Source: Phyllosticta citribraziliensis
Lineage: Eukaryota
Direction: 5' to 3'
DNA length: 64,000 nt
NCBI RefSeq assembly: GCF_038025025.1
Contig: NW_027117343.1
Coordinates: 1,116,001-1,180,000, forward strand
Below are positions 43,280-57,319 of the stretch, piece by piece. The stretch's first letter is position 1. Every line of letters starts with the position of its first letter. The position numbers and the translations under genes are program-made. Below the pieces are notes generated by a model. It was not told the DNA's origin, searched no databases, and saw nothing but the letters and a program-made list of their open reading frames with translations.

Positions 43280-44086
43280 TCAATCCCATCTGTTGTTGAG
43301 TTAGTGAGGGTACTCGCAACACTGCTTTGTGCTCTTGGTTTGGTGCGCGGGAGAACGTACCCCGTATCCTTCTGCCTCACAATTCCCCCATCTTTGCCGG
43401 TTTGCTTCCCGGTCTTGCCGCCCTCTACCACTAATCGGTCAAACTGGAAAAATTGGCTGACGACGGTTTGTCTCTGCGATGGTCATGGTCAGCAAGAGAC
43501 CAAACAAATGCAAAGTCCCTCCAGAGCCAGAGCCGGCACGCTAGATGCGAGCTCACGGAGATGTAGCTTCATGGCAAACGAGCCTTTTCTGCCGGATGCG
43601 CTGAACTCTCGTCGTCATCTCGAGCTTAATCTCCACGGGTAGCGACGGGTTTCCTTGACTCTTTCTGGCTCATCCGCATTCTCGTAACATGTAAAGGCTT
43701 TTGAGAAATAAACGCCAAACCCTACCTTCAACCCCTGGAGCTCCTTCAAACCCTTTTGTATGGCCTCTTGTATTGCGCGCTCGTCTTTCAACTGTTGGTT
43801 CTCGCGAAAGGCGTCTCTGGTTCGGCGTAATGCGTACTCGCGAAAGTTGTAGGCAGCGAACTGGCGGGCTTGACGGAGGAGGGAGCGATACTGCCGTGCC
43901 GTTTACATTAGCCAAAGATAAGACAGGAAGAGAAAATGACTTGGAACATCGAGGTGCATGACGTCTGCAAAGCTTAGGCGCGAAAAGATGGCGACTTGGA
44001 GTCACTCTCACTGGCAGCAGCTGGGTTCGTGGCAAACATACCAATGATCGCGCCTGGGTTGGCGTGCTTGTTGCGACGGAAGCCAT
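43280..44086 (-). CDS. ISD11: LYR-motif protein Isd11/LYRM4 (cysteine desulfurase partner, mitochondrial Fe-S assembly)
   Basis: Four exons (44086-44042, 43890-43726, 43473-43361, 43289-43280) give [47 protein letters not shown]...[29 protein letters not shown]...RQKDTG-WD*. Confidence 0.93.
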
Positions 44087-44442
44087 GTTGTCGAAGAAGT
44101 TGGCTTTTCGATCACAGTGTTGAAAAGTTGGGGCGGGATGCGACGGAGACGATGTGGCGGAGGTCGCAGTTTATGTCATGGGCAAAAGAGCTCGCGGCGC
44201 GCGCTAGCGCAGGTTAAATCCGTGCGGGGCGGATTTAAGACCTGACATCAAGGAAGCGCACACTCTTCTGAAATAGTCGCTACTTGATTTTCGTCACCTA
44301 CGCTCCGTGGTATCTGCAAAGTGCCCTTCTAATGACAGTCGTACACTATCCGCAAAGGCCCTGTTAGCCCAAAGTCCCAAAATCATTCAGACCCCATGCC
44401 GTCAACGCCTTCATCCATGCAATCCCAAAACCAACTCTGTGC

Positions 44443-46004
44443 TCACTGCTTGTACTTTTGGTGAATTTGTCTGATCTGCTCCTCCAAAGGCATTCCCTGG
44501 AGCTGCGCCTGATTCGGAGTCTGCTGGCCATCGTATGATCCTGAAGCCACACGCTTCCTCCTGGCTTCTTCTTCGGGGCTGATTCGAGCACCAGTGACAG
44601 GATCGAAAATATCGTCACGCTGGCTTGCCAGACGCTTGAGATTGTCAGCAACATCTTGCGTGGAAAGATTTGTCGTCGAGTAGCGAGCGTCAGCCTTGGC
44701 TTTTTGCTCCTTCCAGCGCGGGTCGAGCATTTCAACTGCAACATGTTAGCGACAATAGTGGCGAGCGCGGAACTGCACGTACTTCTCATATGCTGATCAA
44801 TCTCGTCGATTGGTATCATTTGCCCGCAAATGCTGCACTTGGTCAACTGGCCGGTGTTGCGCTTGGCTTGAGCCCGGGGAACATAGTCGTTTCTGATCCG
44901 CATCTGCGACGGAGCAGCCTTGGCTGCAGCCTGAGCCTGTTTGGCGCGCTCCCTCTCCTCTTGCCTTTGGCGAATGAGACGTTCCTCCTCGTCTTCCTGT
45001 GGTGGTGCAACAGGGTATCCAGCAGCCATTGGAACCGGAGGCGGAGGTTGAACTGGCAGTTGTGGCGGCTGGGGCGTGTAGGCAGTAGGAGTGTGGTTCC
45101 ACTGGGAGAAGTCTTCGTCGGGCATCGTTTCTTCAATACGCATGTTGGAGGGGCGAAGAGACATGGCGGCCTTTTGCTCGAGTGACGCAGATTGCAGGTC
45201 GGAGAGAGACGTGGGCGGGGGAAGGTCGGTCTGGTCATCAGCCTCGGTGAAGAGGACCGTCTCGACGACGACAAAGTCGTGCCAGTCAATTTCGGCGTAG
45301 GCAATCTTTTCTTGCTGTTCCTCGGCCTCCTTCATTTGCTTCTGCTGCTCTTGGTATTTGACCCATTCGGCGCGCGCCTTTGCCTTTTCCAGCATATTGA
45401 ACTTGTTCTTGACATTCTCCTGCAATTGTGCCTTGCGCTGCTGCTCGCCCTCGCCGTCGAGGAGCAACTTGTACTGCTCAACCAAGCGGTTGTAGAACTG
45501 GTAGAGACTGTGCTGCGGACGCAAAAAGTCGAATTGGTAATTGCTAGCTTCCTTTTGTGCGAGGGCAGTGGAAAAGGAGCGGCCATTCTTGGCGGCGAAG
45601 AGCGCGGTTAACTTGATGACGTCCAAGTCCTGGGCGTTGATGTTTGGCATGCGCGCAGAGAAGTGAAATTCGGGCGGCTCCTTGGGACCTTGTGCGACTG
45701 GGGCCTGCGGAGCACCATTGTCGCCAACACGACCTGCCGATACATCTGTACCGCGGCCGGCCTTGATCTCCTCAACACGCCACCTATAGTATGGATGGTA
45801 TTCGTCTTTGGGGTCGAGGAAGGAAAACTTGTTGCTGGTTGGGTCCTTGGCGCGGATGCGCTCTTCGAAGACAGCACCGTTGCGGACGACGTAGCCAGCG
45901 GTCTTTTCGAGGACGACGCGAACTTCTTTGGGAGGTAGAATGACACCCTCGGGCGGTTTGCGCACAGCGTCGAGGATGGCGGCCTCGTTGGCATTGGAGT
46001 CCAT
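44443..46004 (-). CDS. PRP21: Splicing factor SF3a subunit Prp21/SF3A1
   Basis: Two SURP domains (LEKTAGYVVRNG..FEERI; IKLTALFAAKNGRSF...QFDFLRPQHSLY), AYAEIDWHDFVVVET, HMRI-EMLDPRWKEQ. Intron 44782-44736. Confidence 0.93.
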
Positions 46005-46885
46005 GGTGAGAAATGGGGCGGCAGCTCGGGCAGAATGCGGGGAGGGGAAGCGCAGCTGGCAGAGGGCGGGCTGTCAGAGGCGCGTCGACGTGATGTTGAC
46101 GGCGTGCAAGTGTCTGGTGGATGGATGGATGCAATGCTGCAGGCGGACGGCATGCGGTCGGGTGGCAGAAGCCGCGGGCCGCCGCTAGCGTCCCGTCGGC
46201 GGTGAGCCGGCGGGAGGGAGGTCGTCGGGGCCGGAGCTCCGTGTGTGCCTTGGATTGGTGCCTTGGTGCCTTGGTGCCTCGTTTGCTCCACCAGATGCTG
46301 GGTACGAGGCCCCAATGAGCAGCCCAGCCCTACCATACCAGGAAGAGTGCTGGAATGCAAAAAACAAACGCCTTGGTTTGCTCCCATTGTTTCATGCGCG
46401 AAAACATTTTCGAGGAGAAAAAACAACCAACGACAAGAATCACTACCCGCCGCATTCACATGCGCACACCCCCTCTCTAGCCTCTGCAACGATACCTTAC
46501 GCCCCCGCTCGTCGAGTGCTGGGCCGCGGCGGCCATCACTATTTTTTGGGGACGTGGGACCCGGACGCGCAAGGTGGCCTCCCTTGTGGAGCTCAAAAGC
46601 AAGGGCCCCATTTGCCCAAAGACACCTCTCCACCCCTAGCAGCTGAAGGCTCGCGTCCCTCCATCGCGACTCCTCCGCGGCCAAGTGTCCTTCTTCAACA
46701 TTCTTGTCCCTCTTTTCACTTCCTTTTCTCCCCGTCGAGCGCGACTCCTCGACGCCGCGACCACCGCACTCTACCGCCGCCTCCGCTCTCCTAGCTGCCT
46801 GCTACCGCCAAGCCGTAGCATGCTTGTCGTTTCGGTTCAGCCTCAACTATAACTCAATCTCTGAGCTACCAACCCGACAAACGTC

Positions 46886-49813
46886 ATGGGCTCAGAAAAG
46901 GGCCTCCTCAAAGCGGACACGCCGCCTCGCGGCCGGAGCAAGTCGCCTTCGGCCAACGCCAACGGCAATGGCAAGGTCAAGGCCCGCAGCTACACCTCCG
47001 AAGGTGTCAAGGACAATGACATTACCAAGCTCCCTGCCTCGGACTGGCAGCTGCTCGGCCTCCTCACCCTCGTTGCTGCCGGCGTGAGGTTGTTTAGAAT
47101 CTACCAGCCCGGCAGCGTTGTATTTGACGAAGTCCAGTGAGTACAGCCTTGCTTTCCTCGAAAACCCAGACCCACATCTGACCGCATCCTCGCAGCTTTG
47201 GCGGCTTTGCATCCAAGTACATCAAGGGCAAGTTCTTCATGGACGTACATCCACCGCTTGCGAAACTCCTCATAACTCTGGCGGGATGGCTGGCTGGGTT
47301 CGATGGCGAATTCGACTTCAAGGACATTGGAAAGGACTACATTGAGCCTGGCGTTCCCTACGTCGCCATGCGCCTTCTTCCCGCAATCATGGGTGTCTTG
47401 ACGATTCCGACCATGTTTTTGACGCTCAAGTCTTTTGGCTGCAAATCCAACATTGCAGCGCTCGGGGCTGGTCTGCTCATTTTTGGTAGGGGATAGATGA
47501 CGCGGCTTTCTAGAATGCGCGGCTGACAGGTTCCAGAAAACGGCTTCGTCACCCAATCTCGCCTGATCCTTCTCGACTCGCCTCTGGTCATCTTCACGGC
47601 CTTCACAGCGCTTTGCTGGGCTTCTTTTGTGAACCAGCATGAACAAGGTCCCTCCAAGGCCTTTAAGCCCTCTTGGTGGACGTATCTCGCCCTGACGGGT
47701 CTTGGTCTCGGCGCAACTGTGAGCGTGAAATGGGTTGGCTTGTTCACGATCGCATGGGTGGGCAGCTTGACCGCTGTCCAGATGTGGGTTCTCTTGGGTG
47801 ACCCGCAACATGTCACGCCGCGCCTCTGGTTCAAGCACCTCTTTGCGCGCGTCTTTTGTCTCATCGTGATTCCAATTGCCTTTTACGTTGGCATGTTTGC
47901 GATTCATTTCCTCTGTCTCGTCAATCCAGGAGAGGGAGATGGCTTCATGTCTGCCGAATTCCAGGCGACGCTCAACACCAAACAGATGGCCGAGGTTCCC
48001 GCGGACATCGCCTTTGGAAGCCGTGTTTCGATTCGCCACCACAATACCCAGGGTGGTTACCTTCATTCTCACCCGCACATGTATCCCACGGGAAGCAACC
48101 AGCAGCAGATCACCTTATACCCTCACAAGGACGAGAACAACCTGTTCCTCCTCGAAAACCAAACCCAGCCAATTCTGCCCGACAACAGGACCATTCCTGG
48201 CCCCACGGCCTGGGATGCTCTGGATCCTGCCTGGATCGAGGACGGCTCCATCATCAAGCTTTACCACGTCACCACAGACCGTCGTCTCCACTCCCACGAC
48301 GTCCGTGCCCCAGTCACCGAGGCCGACTGGCAAAACGAAGTCTCTGCCTATGGCTACGAAGGTTTCGAGGGTGATGCGAACGATTTGTTCAAGGTCGAAA
48401 TCGTCCCTTGGATGTCTGACGGTGACAAGGCCAAGAAGCGGTTGCGCACCATCGAATCCAAGTTCAAGCTTGTACACATCATGACTGGTTGCACTCTCTT
48501 CTCGCACAAAGTCAAGCTTCCCGATTGGGGTTACGAGCAGCAAGAGGTCACTTGTGCAAGGGGCGGAAGTCTTCCCAACAGCGTCTGGTATATTGAGCAG
48601 AACCTTCACCCCAAGCTTGGTGCCGATGCCGAGAAGGTCAACTACAGGAACCCGGGATTCTTTGGTAAATTCTGGGAGCTCCAGAAGGTCATGTGGAAGA
48701 CGAATGCTGGTCTCGTTGAGTCTCATGCTTGGGACTCTCGTCCTCCATCTTGGCCAATCCTCCAGCGTGGTATCAACTTCTGGGGACAAAACCACCGCCA
48801 GATCTACCTCATTGGAAACCCCCTGGTTTGGTGGTCGTCGACCGCCGCAGTTGTCTTTTACCTCATATTCAAGGGCTTTGCCGTCATCCGTTGGCAACGT
48901 GGATACAAGGACTACAAGAACACGACTGTCAAGCGTTTCGACTACGAAGTCGGCACGATTCTTTTGGGGTGGTTCTTCCACTACTTCCCATTCTTTCTGA
49001 TGCAGCGTCAACTCTTCTTGCACCACTACTTTCCGGCGCTTTACTTTGCCATCATGGGTCTGGCGCTGACCTACGACTTTGTCACCAACCGGTTCTCTGG
49101 CCTCGGATTGAAGGAGCGCCCCATGATTGGCCAGACTGGTGCCATCGTCTTCTTGGCAGCTAGCATTGTCGTCTTCACCGTTTACGCTCCTTTGACTTAC
49201 GGAAACCCCTGGACAAAGAGCCACTGCAAGTCCGCCAAGCTGTTTGACAAGTGGGACTGGGACTGCAACACTTTCCACGACAGGGTAAGTAGTCATGCGT
49301 TCGATTGGAGGCTTGTTTTCTAACATTTCGCAGTACGATGAGTACGGCCCGCTCTGGGTCCCCAAGCCCTCCGAGACTGCGGTTCCCACCGCAGTGCCTC
49401 AGGTGGCCGAGGTTCCGGGAGAGAAGAAGGAGGCCGTCGTCAGCCCACCGCCACCTGTCGACGGCCAAGTCGTCGATGAGAAGGTTGAATACCGTGACGA
49501 AAATGGCAACATTCTCAATGAGGAGCAAGTCAAGGCGCTCGAGGGCAAGGTCAGCTTCAAGACGCGCTACGAGACGCGGACGCGCCTTGTTGACTCGGCG
49601 GGCAATGATGTGAACCAGGGCGGCGTGGCGCCTCCCCATCCCGACGTGCAGGGCCAAAACCCAGAGACTATTGAGAAGCCGGCGGACGGAGCACGTCAGG
49701 AACCCCTGGCAGTGCCTGTCAGCGAGGACAAGGAGAAGGAGGCAAGCGTCGAGAACGAGGACAAGGGAAAGCCGCGGCCGGCGAGCGAACCTAGGGAGGC
49801 CACGAAGCAGTAA
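46886..49813 (+). CDS. PMT1: Dolichyl-phosphate-mannose protein O-mannosyltransferase, PMT1 subfamily
   Basis: VVFDEVH-FGGFASKYI..FMDVHPPLAKL, SVKWVGLFT, MIR repeats (YLHSHPHMYPTGSNQQQITLYPHKDENN), RQLFLHHYFPALYF. Introns 47137-47195, 47486-47536 and 49285-49333. Confidence 0.93.
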
Positions 49814-50179
49814 GCCAGGCACTCTCCGTTCTCGTTGGATTTTCCCAGGAGTTCTTCCTTGTTCTTCCTCATCAAACATGTTCCAATAATCCTGTTCTGC
49901 TGAAATGCATACAACATCCTTTAACAAATCATGTCATGCATCTGCTGCGGTGCGTTCTGGTCTGTCGCTGTTCCATCTCCTCGACCTCTTTGCTTTTGGT
50001 CCTCTTTATAAAACGAAATCATCTTCAAGGGCTCCTTCCTATGTAATCGTCGCTTTGTAGCATCGGGAGTGTGAGAATTAGCTAGGTCAATCAAGGGGCT
50101 AGGCTAGGGTAGGGTAGGCGCAGGCTGTTTTCTTCGACGATGGCCAATATATTTAAACTCGATTGTCTCACCCTCGTGT

Positions 50180-50501
50180 CTTATTTACTATCTATAGTGG
50201 AATTAGTATTTATAGGGTTAATATTTACTTAAATAAAGAGTATATTATTATAGAGTAAGTTAATTTTATTAAGTAATATAAGTAATTACGGCGTATATAT
50301 ACTAGTAAGCTTATATTATATAGCTATCTACTTTATTATAGTAGCTAGTAGAGTAAGTCTTATAGACTTCTATTTATTTATTTATTTATTTAGTTTAATA
50401 TCCCTCTTAATTCTAAGACTATAAGAGATAAGGATAGCTATCCTAGTAGTTCTATATAGCTTATATATTATATATCCTATTAGGTTATAACTATATTAGG
50501 A

Positions 50502-50533
<32 letters not shown>

Positions 50534-51294
50534 AGTATGGTACTACTAGCCGGCACGGTTTTTACAGCTTTTAAGGGTTACTTTTAGCGATTATTATTCT
50601 TATTCTTAGCTATAGTTTTAGCTTAGATATAAGTAGAAGGTTAGGCTAGTAAGAAAATAAGACTATAGGTAGCTCTAGAATACTAGGAAGATATAGTTCT
50701 ATATAGTTTAGTAGTAATAATAATAGCTAATAAAAGTATAGGTAAACTTAGCATCTTAGATAGTAATAGGAGGTTTTATATTATTAGTATTTTTAGTAGT
50801 AGATTAGCTAGTTATATACCTCCTTTTATAGCTACTTATTAAGAGGTACTACTTATATAAATAAAGTCTTTTATACTTAGTTAAACTATTATCTAAAAAA
50901 TACTTAGTTATTTATTTATTTATACTTATTATTTATACCTAAATTATATACTACTTAGATAATAAAGTAATAGCTAGATAGTAGCTTATTTTAGTTAGTT
51001 TAGTAGTTATTTTATTCCTATCCTATAGAGCCTACTTATTTACTACTAGTTACTATCTCTTATACCTCTTCTAGCGCTAGTATTTTAGCTAGCTAAGTAA
51101 GTATATTAGTAAGTAGCTAGTCCTACCTATACTAGTCCTTCTTATTATATACTATAGCGCGCGCAGTTTATATTTTATAGTATTTAGTACTTAGTATTTA
51201 CTACTTATATATATACTAGCTGTTTCTAGCTAGCTAGAGAGTAGATAGTTATTCTATATAGGCTATATAATAACTACTCTTACTCCTTACCTAT
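50180..51294. mobile_element. Heavily RIP-degraded repeat of unidentified family; host of the LTR insertion
   Basis: Abrupt switch to TpA-saturated AT-rich DNA; contains (TA)n at about 50502-50528; no recognisable protein motif. Confidence 0.5.
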
Positions 51295-51717
51295 TATTAT
51301 AATAGGCGTACACGCGCCTACGTGAGTACTAGGGCCAGTATAGACAAACCCGGCGTTATATAGTTATAAGAAGTACAAGCCTCACCTTAGGTAGTAGCCC
51401 GCCGCAGCTTAGGCTAAAACCTGCAGGCTAGTACTAGCCACTACAGCCTGGCACCAGCCACTACAGCTCTAGGCAGATACTATGTAATAGCCCATTAACA
51501 CCTTACCTTTATAACTTACCTAATAATAACTAAGGACCCTTATATAAAGGATAAGAGGTAGAATAGTATAAAGGAAGGACTAGGAAATATATAAGTAGTA
51601 AGTATCTTTTATATTTTATTCTTTTAACTTATTAGATTTAATTAAGATATATATATATTTTCTAGTAGTTCACCTTTAGCCCTTACCTGTATAATAAGAA
51701 ATCTATAAGTTATAATA
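51295..51717 (+). repeat. 5' LTR of copy 1
   Basis: Matches 59112-59534 apart from C>T/G>A changes; termini TA(TG)...TA(CA); internal ~20-bp tandem duplication near 51427-51468. Confidence 0.95.
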
Positions 51718-54700
51718 GATATAAAAGATTATTTTAAGTTTTAGCTCTATCCTACTTCTTTACCTATAAAGGTATTATAATATTTAACCTAAGTAATATT
51801 ATATATAGCTATAGTCTTATATAAGACTGCTTATTACTTTTCCCTAGTAAACCTAAGTTATCTTTATTAGGCGCATTAGTATTATCTAAGGACTAAGGAG
51901 CATTAAGTATATATTAACTATAGAAGTCTTTAGTTAAGGCTATAGGGTAGTATATAAATATTTAGGAGGTATCCTATCTATAACCTACTTAAGGGACATT
52001 CTAAGTAGAAGACTATAAAGATAGTATAGCTAAGAATAAAGCTAATATATCTAGTACTACTAAAGGTATTAGTACTAGTTAATCAACTTAATAAGATTCG
52101 CGTAAAGGGACTAAAGATTTATATAATACTAGATACTTATTAAATAATAATAAGAGAGGACCTACCCCTATTCTCCTATATAATTTCTACTTAGTCCTAG
52201 TAGTAGAGGTAAAAGAATATACCTAAGACCTAGGGTCAACTTATACAGTTTAAGCTCTAGTTATAGAGGCATTTATAAAGGTACCACGCTTAGATATTAA
52301 TTAATTTAAATCTAAGATTACATCCTTAAATAAGTCTTAAGTATAGCAGCAACTAAACTACATATAAAGGTAAAACTAGGCTCTTAAGTAAATACTCTTA
52401 AACTATACTAATAGACTTAGGGAAGTTCTAAGGGAAGGATATATTAGGCCCTCTTTATTAGCTTAGCACCTAAGACCTATCACCCTCTCTTAAGATCCTT
52501 CTACTAGTAGAGTTATAAGGACTCTTAGACCTCCTCCTAACTATATAAGGGAAACTACTACTAAAACCTCTACTTTATCTTTAAGTAGTAAGAAATACTA
52601 AAGTAGTAAGGTTCCTAATCCTCCTCTTCTTACTAATAGAGAAGACCCCTTATATAAATACTAGACCCTCCTTATATAAAATAAAATTAAATAAAACCAC
52701 AATTACTTTACTAAAGATATAGTAGAGGAGACTAAATAGAATATTATAGGTTATATTATTTCCTATATTAGTAGAGAAGTCTTATATCACCTAACTCCTT
52801 TCCTTACTTCTTATATAAAGGCCAATAAAGTCACTCTAGATAAGGATATCTTTAAATTCCTAGATAACCTCCTCTAGAGTCTATATAAATATAAGGATAT
52901 AAAGAAGTAGTTACGCTCTCTTATATACCACATCCCTATAGACCTTTAGAAGTTTTAATTAAACTTTATATAATTAGCCTTAGATATAGATCTTCCCTAG
53001 GAATAGTAAAAAGAGGACTTTTATAATATAATAGATCCTCTCCTTTAAACCTATATAGTTACTATAGAGTAAGATAGGAATATTAACTTTTATAAGTACC
53101 TCTAATAAGCCTACCCTATTACTTAAAGTCTTAGTAACTACTATTCTAACTATAGAAAACTAACGCTCACGTCGTATAAGGAATAAGTAAAGAAGAGATA
53201 ATAAGAATAAGTAAAGATAACTACCTTAGGTAGTATAAGTACTTTATCTTCTAGTTATACCTAGGCGCGATCTATATCTAGGGCTCCCTTATATAATATA
53301 ACCTATAAAGGTAAAGTAGAAGTCTATATAGAGATTAGACCGTATAATCACTATAGCCAGTTTAGCTATTTATAGAGACAATGCCTATAACCTAAGATAA
53401 AGGTAATAGAGTTAGTTAAAGAAGAAAGTACTAAAGATATCTATATAAATAAAGGAGATTAGTCTTTATTAGAAAATAATAAGACCTAGGTAAAGTCTCC
53501 TACTATAGGTCTAAACTTAGAGCAATACATATTAAGGGTTCTTATATAAATCTTAGTTACTTTATTAGAGGTGTACCCTTTACTATATAAACCTTAATTA
53601 TATCTAATAGCCACGCCTTAGAAATTCGTGCCCTAGCTAATACTAGTACTAGTAGTATAAGTTTTATTCACCCTAAGCTACTACTAACTCTCCAGTCTAT
53701 AGGTACTATAAAAAAGAGAATAATAGGTAAAGGGCTTAATATTACTAGGTTTAACCGACGCATAAATAAGAAAGTCAATTTTTACTTTTATCTTTAACTC
53801 TACTTCTAGGATTAAATAGTTTCTACTTATACTTTTATTTATAATATTAGCTATAATAACATAATTCTTAGGTAATAGTTTTTCGACCAGCACGATGTTC
53901 TTCTAGACTATAAATAATATAAACTAGTCTAGAGATAGCTACTAATTAACTAATCCTTTTAGCATCTTTTACGCCTACTAAAAATCTCTATATAAAGCAA
54001 TAAACTATAGAAAGAACATTAAGTAGATATAGACTATAGAGATAAAAACTTTAATAAATACCTTCTTCCCTTAGTATAGGTTATTAAGGGAATTAAATTT
54101 TAAACTCAAGATACTTTTAAGCTTTCTATCTATAAAATACAAGTTATACTAATAGAGATCTATACTATTAACCTCATACAAGTTTAAGCGGCTCTTAAAG
54201 ATAAGGAAACTAAGGAATTACTAGCTTCTAAGCTACTAGCTACTTATAAGGAATTTTAAGATATATTTTCTAAAATAAAGTCTAACAAGCTACTACTATA
54301 TCATATAGGAGTTAATCATAAAATATCTCTTATATATAATAGTCTACTAGAGCTTCCACCTAGCCCTCTCTATAGAATGTCTCTAGAACAGCTTAAGGCT
54401 ATAAAAGAGTATATCATTAAGAATATTTAGAAAGGCTTTATTACTAAAAGCTTTACTACCTACACTTCTCCTATTCTAGTAGTAAAAAAGCCTAGTAGGG
54501 GATAGAGATTTTATATAGACTACTAATAGCTTAATAAATAAACTACTAAGGATTTACACCCCCTCCCTCTTATTATAGAGTTACTTTAGTATATTAGAAA
54601 GGGCAAGATTTACACTAAGCTTAATATTTAATAAGCTTTCTACTACATCTATCTTACTAAGGATTCTGAAGATAAAACCACTTTCTATATAAGATACAGG

Positions 54701-57319
54701 TTATTTAAATACTATATCTTACCTTTTAGATTAAGTAATAGACTAGTAGCCTTTTAATATTTTATTAACCAGGTTCTCTTTAAGTATTTAGATAATTTTA
54801 TTGTAGCTTTTATAGATAATATGCTTATTATCTCTAAAAACCCTATAGAGCATAAGGAATAAGTAAAAAAAGTACTAGTAAGACTATAAAAGGCGGGACT
54901 ATAGGTAGATTTAAAGAAGAGCAAGTTTTTAGTTATTTATATAAAGTTTCTTAGATATATTATTTCTATAGAAGGCATTTAAATAGACCTAGATAAGGTA
55001 GAACCTATATATAACTAGCTAATACTTAAAACCCTTAAGGCTCTTTAATCCTTCCTAGGTTTCTATAATTTCTACTAATAATTTCTCCCTAACTATAGAT
55101 AAATTAGCTAGCTATTAGAGAAACTATACTCTAAGGTAAAATAGTAACAACTAGGACCCCTAGAAGAGGAGGCAATTTAATAACTTAAGAAGCTAATATA
55201 TAGTAACATACTTCTAGCTAACTATAACCCTACTCTTAACACTTATATAGAGACTAATATAAGTAATAGAGTTACTATAGGCGTTTTAATATAGCTCTAA
55301 CAACCTTTATATAATTAGAAACTAGTAGCGTTCTACTCTAAGGTAATAGCTAATATAGAACTTTATTATAGAATATCTAATAAAGAACTGCTAGCTATTA
55401 AGAATAGACTAGAAGAATAGAGACTAATACTTATTAGCCTTAAAAAACCTTTTCTCATAATAATAGACTATTAGGTATTAGAGTACTACTCTACTAAATA
55501 ACAACTTAATTAATAACAAGCTAGATAGTCTAAGTTTTTTATAGAGTTCTATATACAATTCTCCTATTAGCTAGGAAAGGAAAATATCATTACTAATTAC
55601 CTTACTTAAAAATAAGAAGACCTAAAGACTTAAAAAGAAAAAGTAAAGGCTACATAAGAGATGTGCCTTATCTTACTAGAGACTATTATCCCTCTTTTTA
55701 TTTTAGAATAAGAACTTCCTTCTCTAGTATTATTTTTAGATAAACTTCTCTATATAAACTAAGAAGATTCTAAATTAGAACTCTAGAGATAGAAGGCCCT
55801 CTTAAAAGACCTTAAATAAAGAAATAGTTAGGAACTAAAGGATAGTCTTTTATTATAATATAGCACCCTCTTTATACTAGATCACAATAACCTCCGCGCG
55901 AGAATACTTAATACTTTATATACTACCTATATAACTACCTATCCTAGTATTATAAAGATATAAAAACTCCTTAAGTAATATTACTACTAGCTAGCTATAA
56001 ATCGCACGATTAATATTTACAGGCAAGGATACTATATTTACTACTAAATAAAAGAGTTTTATAATAAAGACCTAGGCCTTCTATAACCCCTAGAGATTCC
56101 TACTCGACCCTAGTAATACTTAGCTATAGATTTTAAAGAGATGCCTAAAGACTAAAAAGGCTACAATATAATCCTAGTTATTATAGACTAGTTAAGTTAA
56201 AGAACCTTTAGCTTACCTTATATAAAGAAGATTAATACTAAAGGAGTCTCTAGACTCTTTTATAAATATATCTACTATATTTATAGAAACCCTAAGTCTA
56301 TCCTATCTAACTAAGGCCCTTAGTTCATCTCAGCATTTATAAATAAACTATATAAGCTAACTAGTATAGAGCAGCATTTTAACTCATCCTACTACTCTTA
56401 AACTAATAGTATTATAGAGATTATTAATTAGCATCTTATATAAAGATTAAGACCTTTTATCAATTACTTTTAGAATAATTAGTCTAATCTTCTACTATTA
56501 ATAGACCTCGCACAAGTAATACTTCCCTATAAAGCTACTAGACTTTTACCTTTTAAGATTAAGTTAGGATATTCCCCTTAAATACACTATAACTAGTAAT
56601 AAAGAATAGAGACCCCCTAGTAACTAGAAAAGATAGCTCATATAGTAGCATAAACACTATAAAAGAGAAGATAAGAAGCTTTTAAATTTATAAAGAATCT
56701 TATTCTTAAATCCTAAGAGTATATATACTAATAAGCTAATAAATACCGTCGCATGCCAGACTTTACAGTTAGAGATTACATCTATATTAAGAAAACTAGA
56801 TGGTCTACTAATTAGCTAAACCTTAAATTAGACTTCTCTAATACTAGACCTTTTAAAATTATAGGAATAGAAGGACCCTCCTACATCCTTAATCTTTCCT
56901 TATATATAAAGATAGTTAACCTTTTCCACGCTAATAGGCTATATAAGGCCGAAATAGAACAGCTTCCTAGTTAGGAATATACTAAACCTAAACCTAAGAT
57001 TATTTAAGACGAGCCTAAGTAGGAAGTAGACCATATTTAAGCTAGTTAAGTCTTATATAGGAAGCTTTAATACCAAGTTAAATAGACTAGATACAACTAA
57101 GATGACTAGTAGTATAATGTAAGTTCTTTTAGTAGCGTGCTATAGAAAATTAAAGAATTCTACTTATTACACCCTATTATAGCAGGACTACTAAAAAATC
57201 TAGAAAAATAGAAGGCTGCCTTCCTCTAAGAAGAACTATAGATTAAAATAGAAAGTAATAATAAAATAAGTCACTTAGGCCTATAGTAAATATTATAAAG
57301 ACATAGAAAGTAGACTAAT

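Noticed and set aside
48115..49389. Long antisense ORFs over PMT1, the carboxylesterase (30580-31572) and other genes
   Set aside because: Shadow ORFs caused by GC-rich codon bias of the real genes.
50502..50570. Possible Helitron-like 3' end (ccgtgccgg...ctagt) next to (TA)n
   Set aside because: No clear hairpin and no Rep/helicase motif; CTAG is ubiquitous in RIPped DNA.
53684..53893. 69-aa minus-strand ORF in the AT-rich block
   Set aside because: Chance antisense frame over the RIPped protease region.
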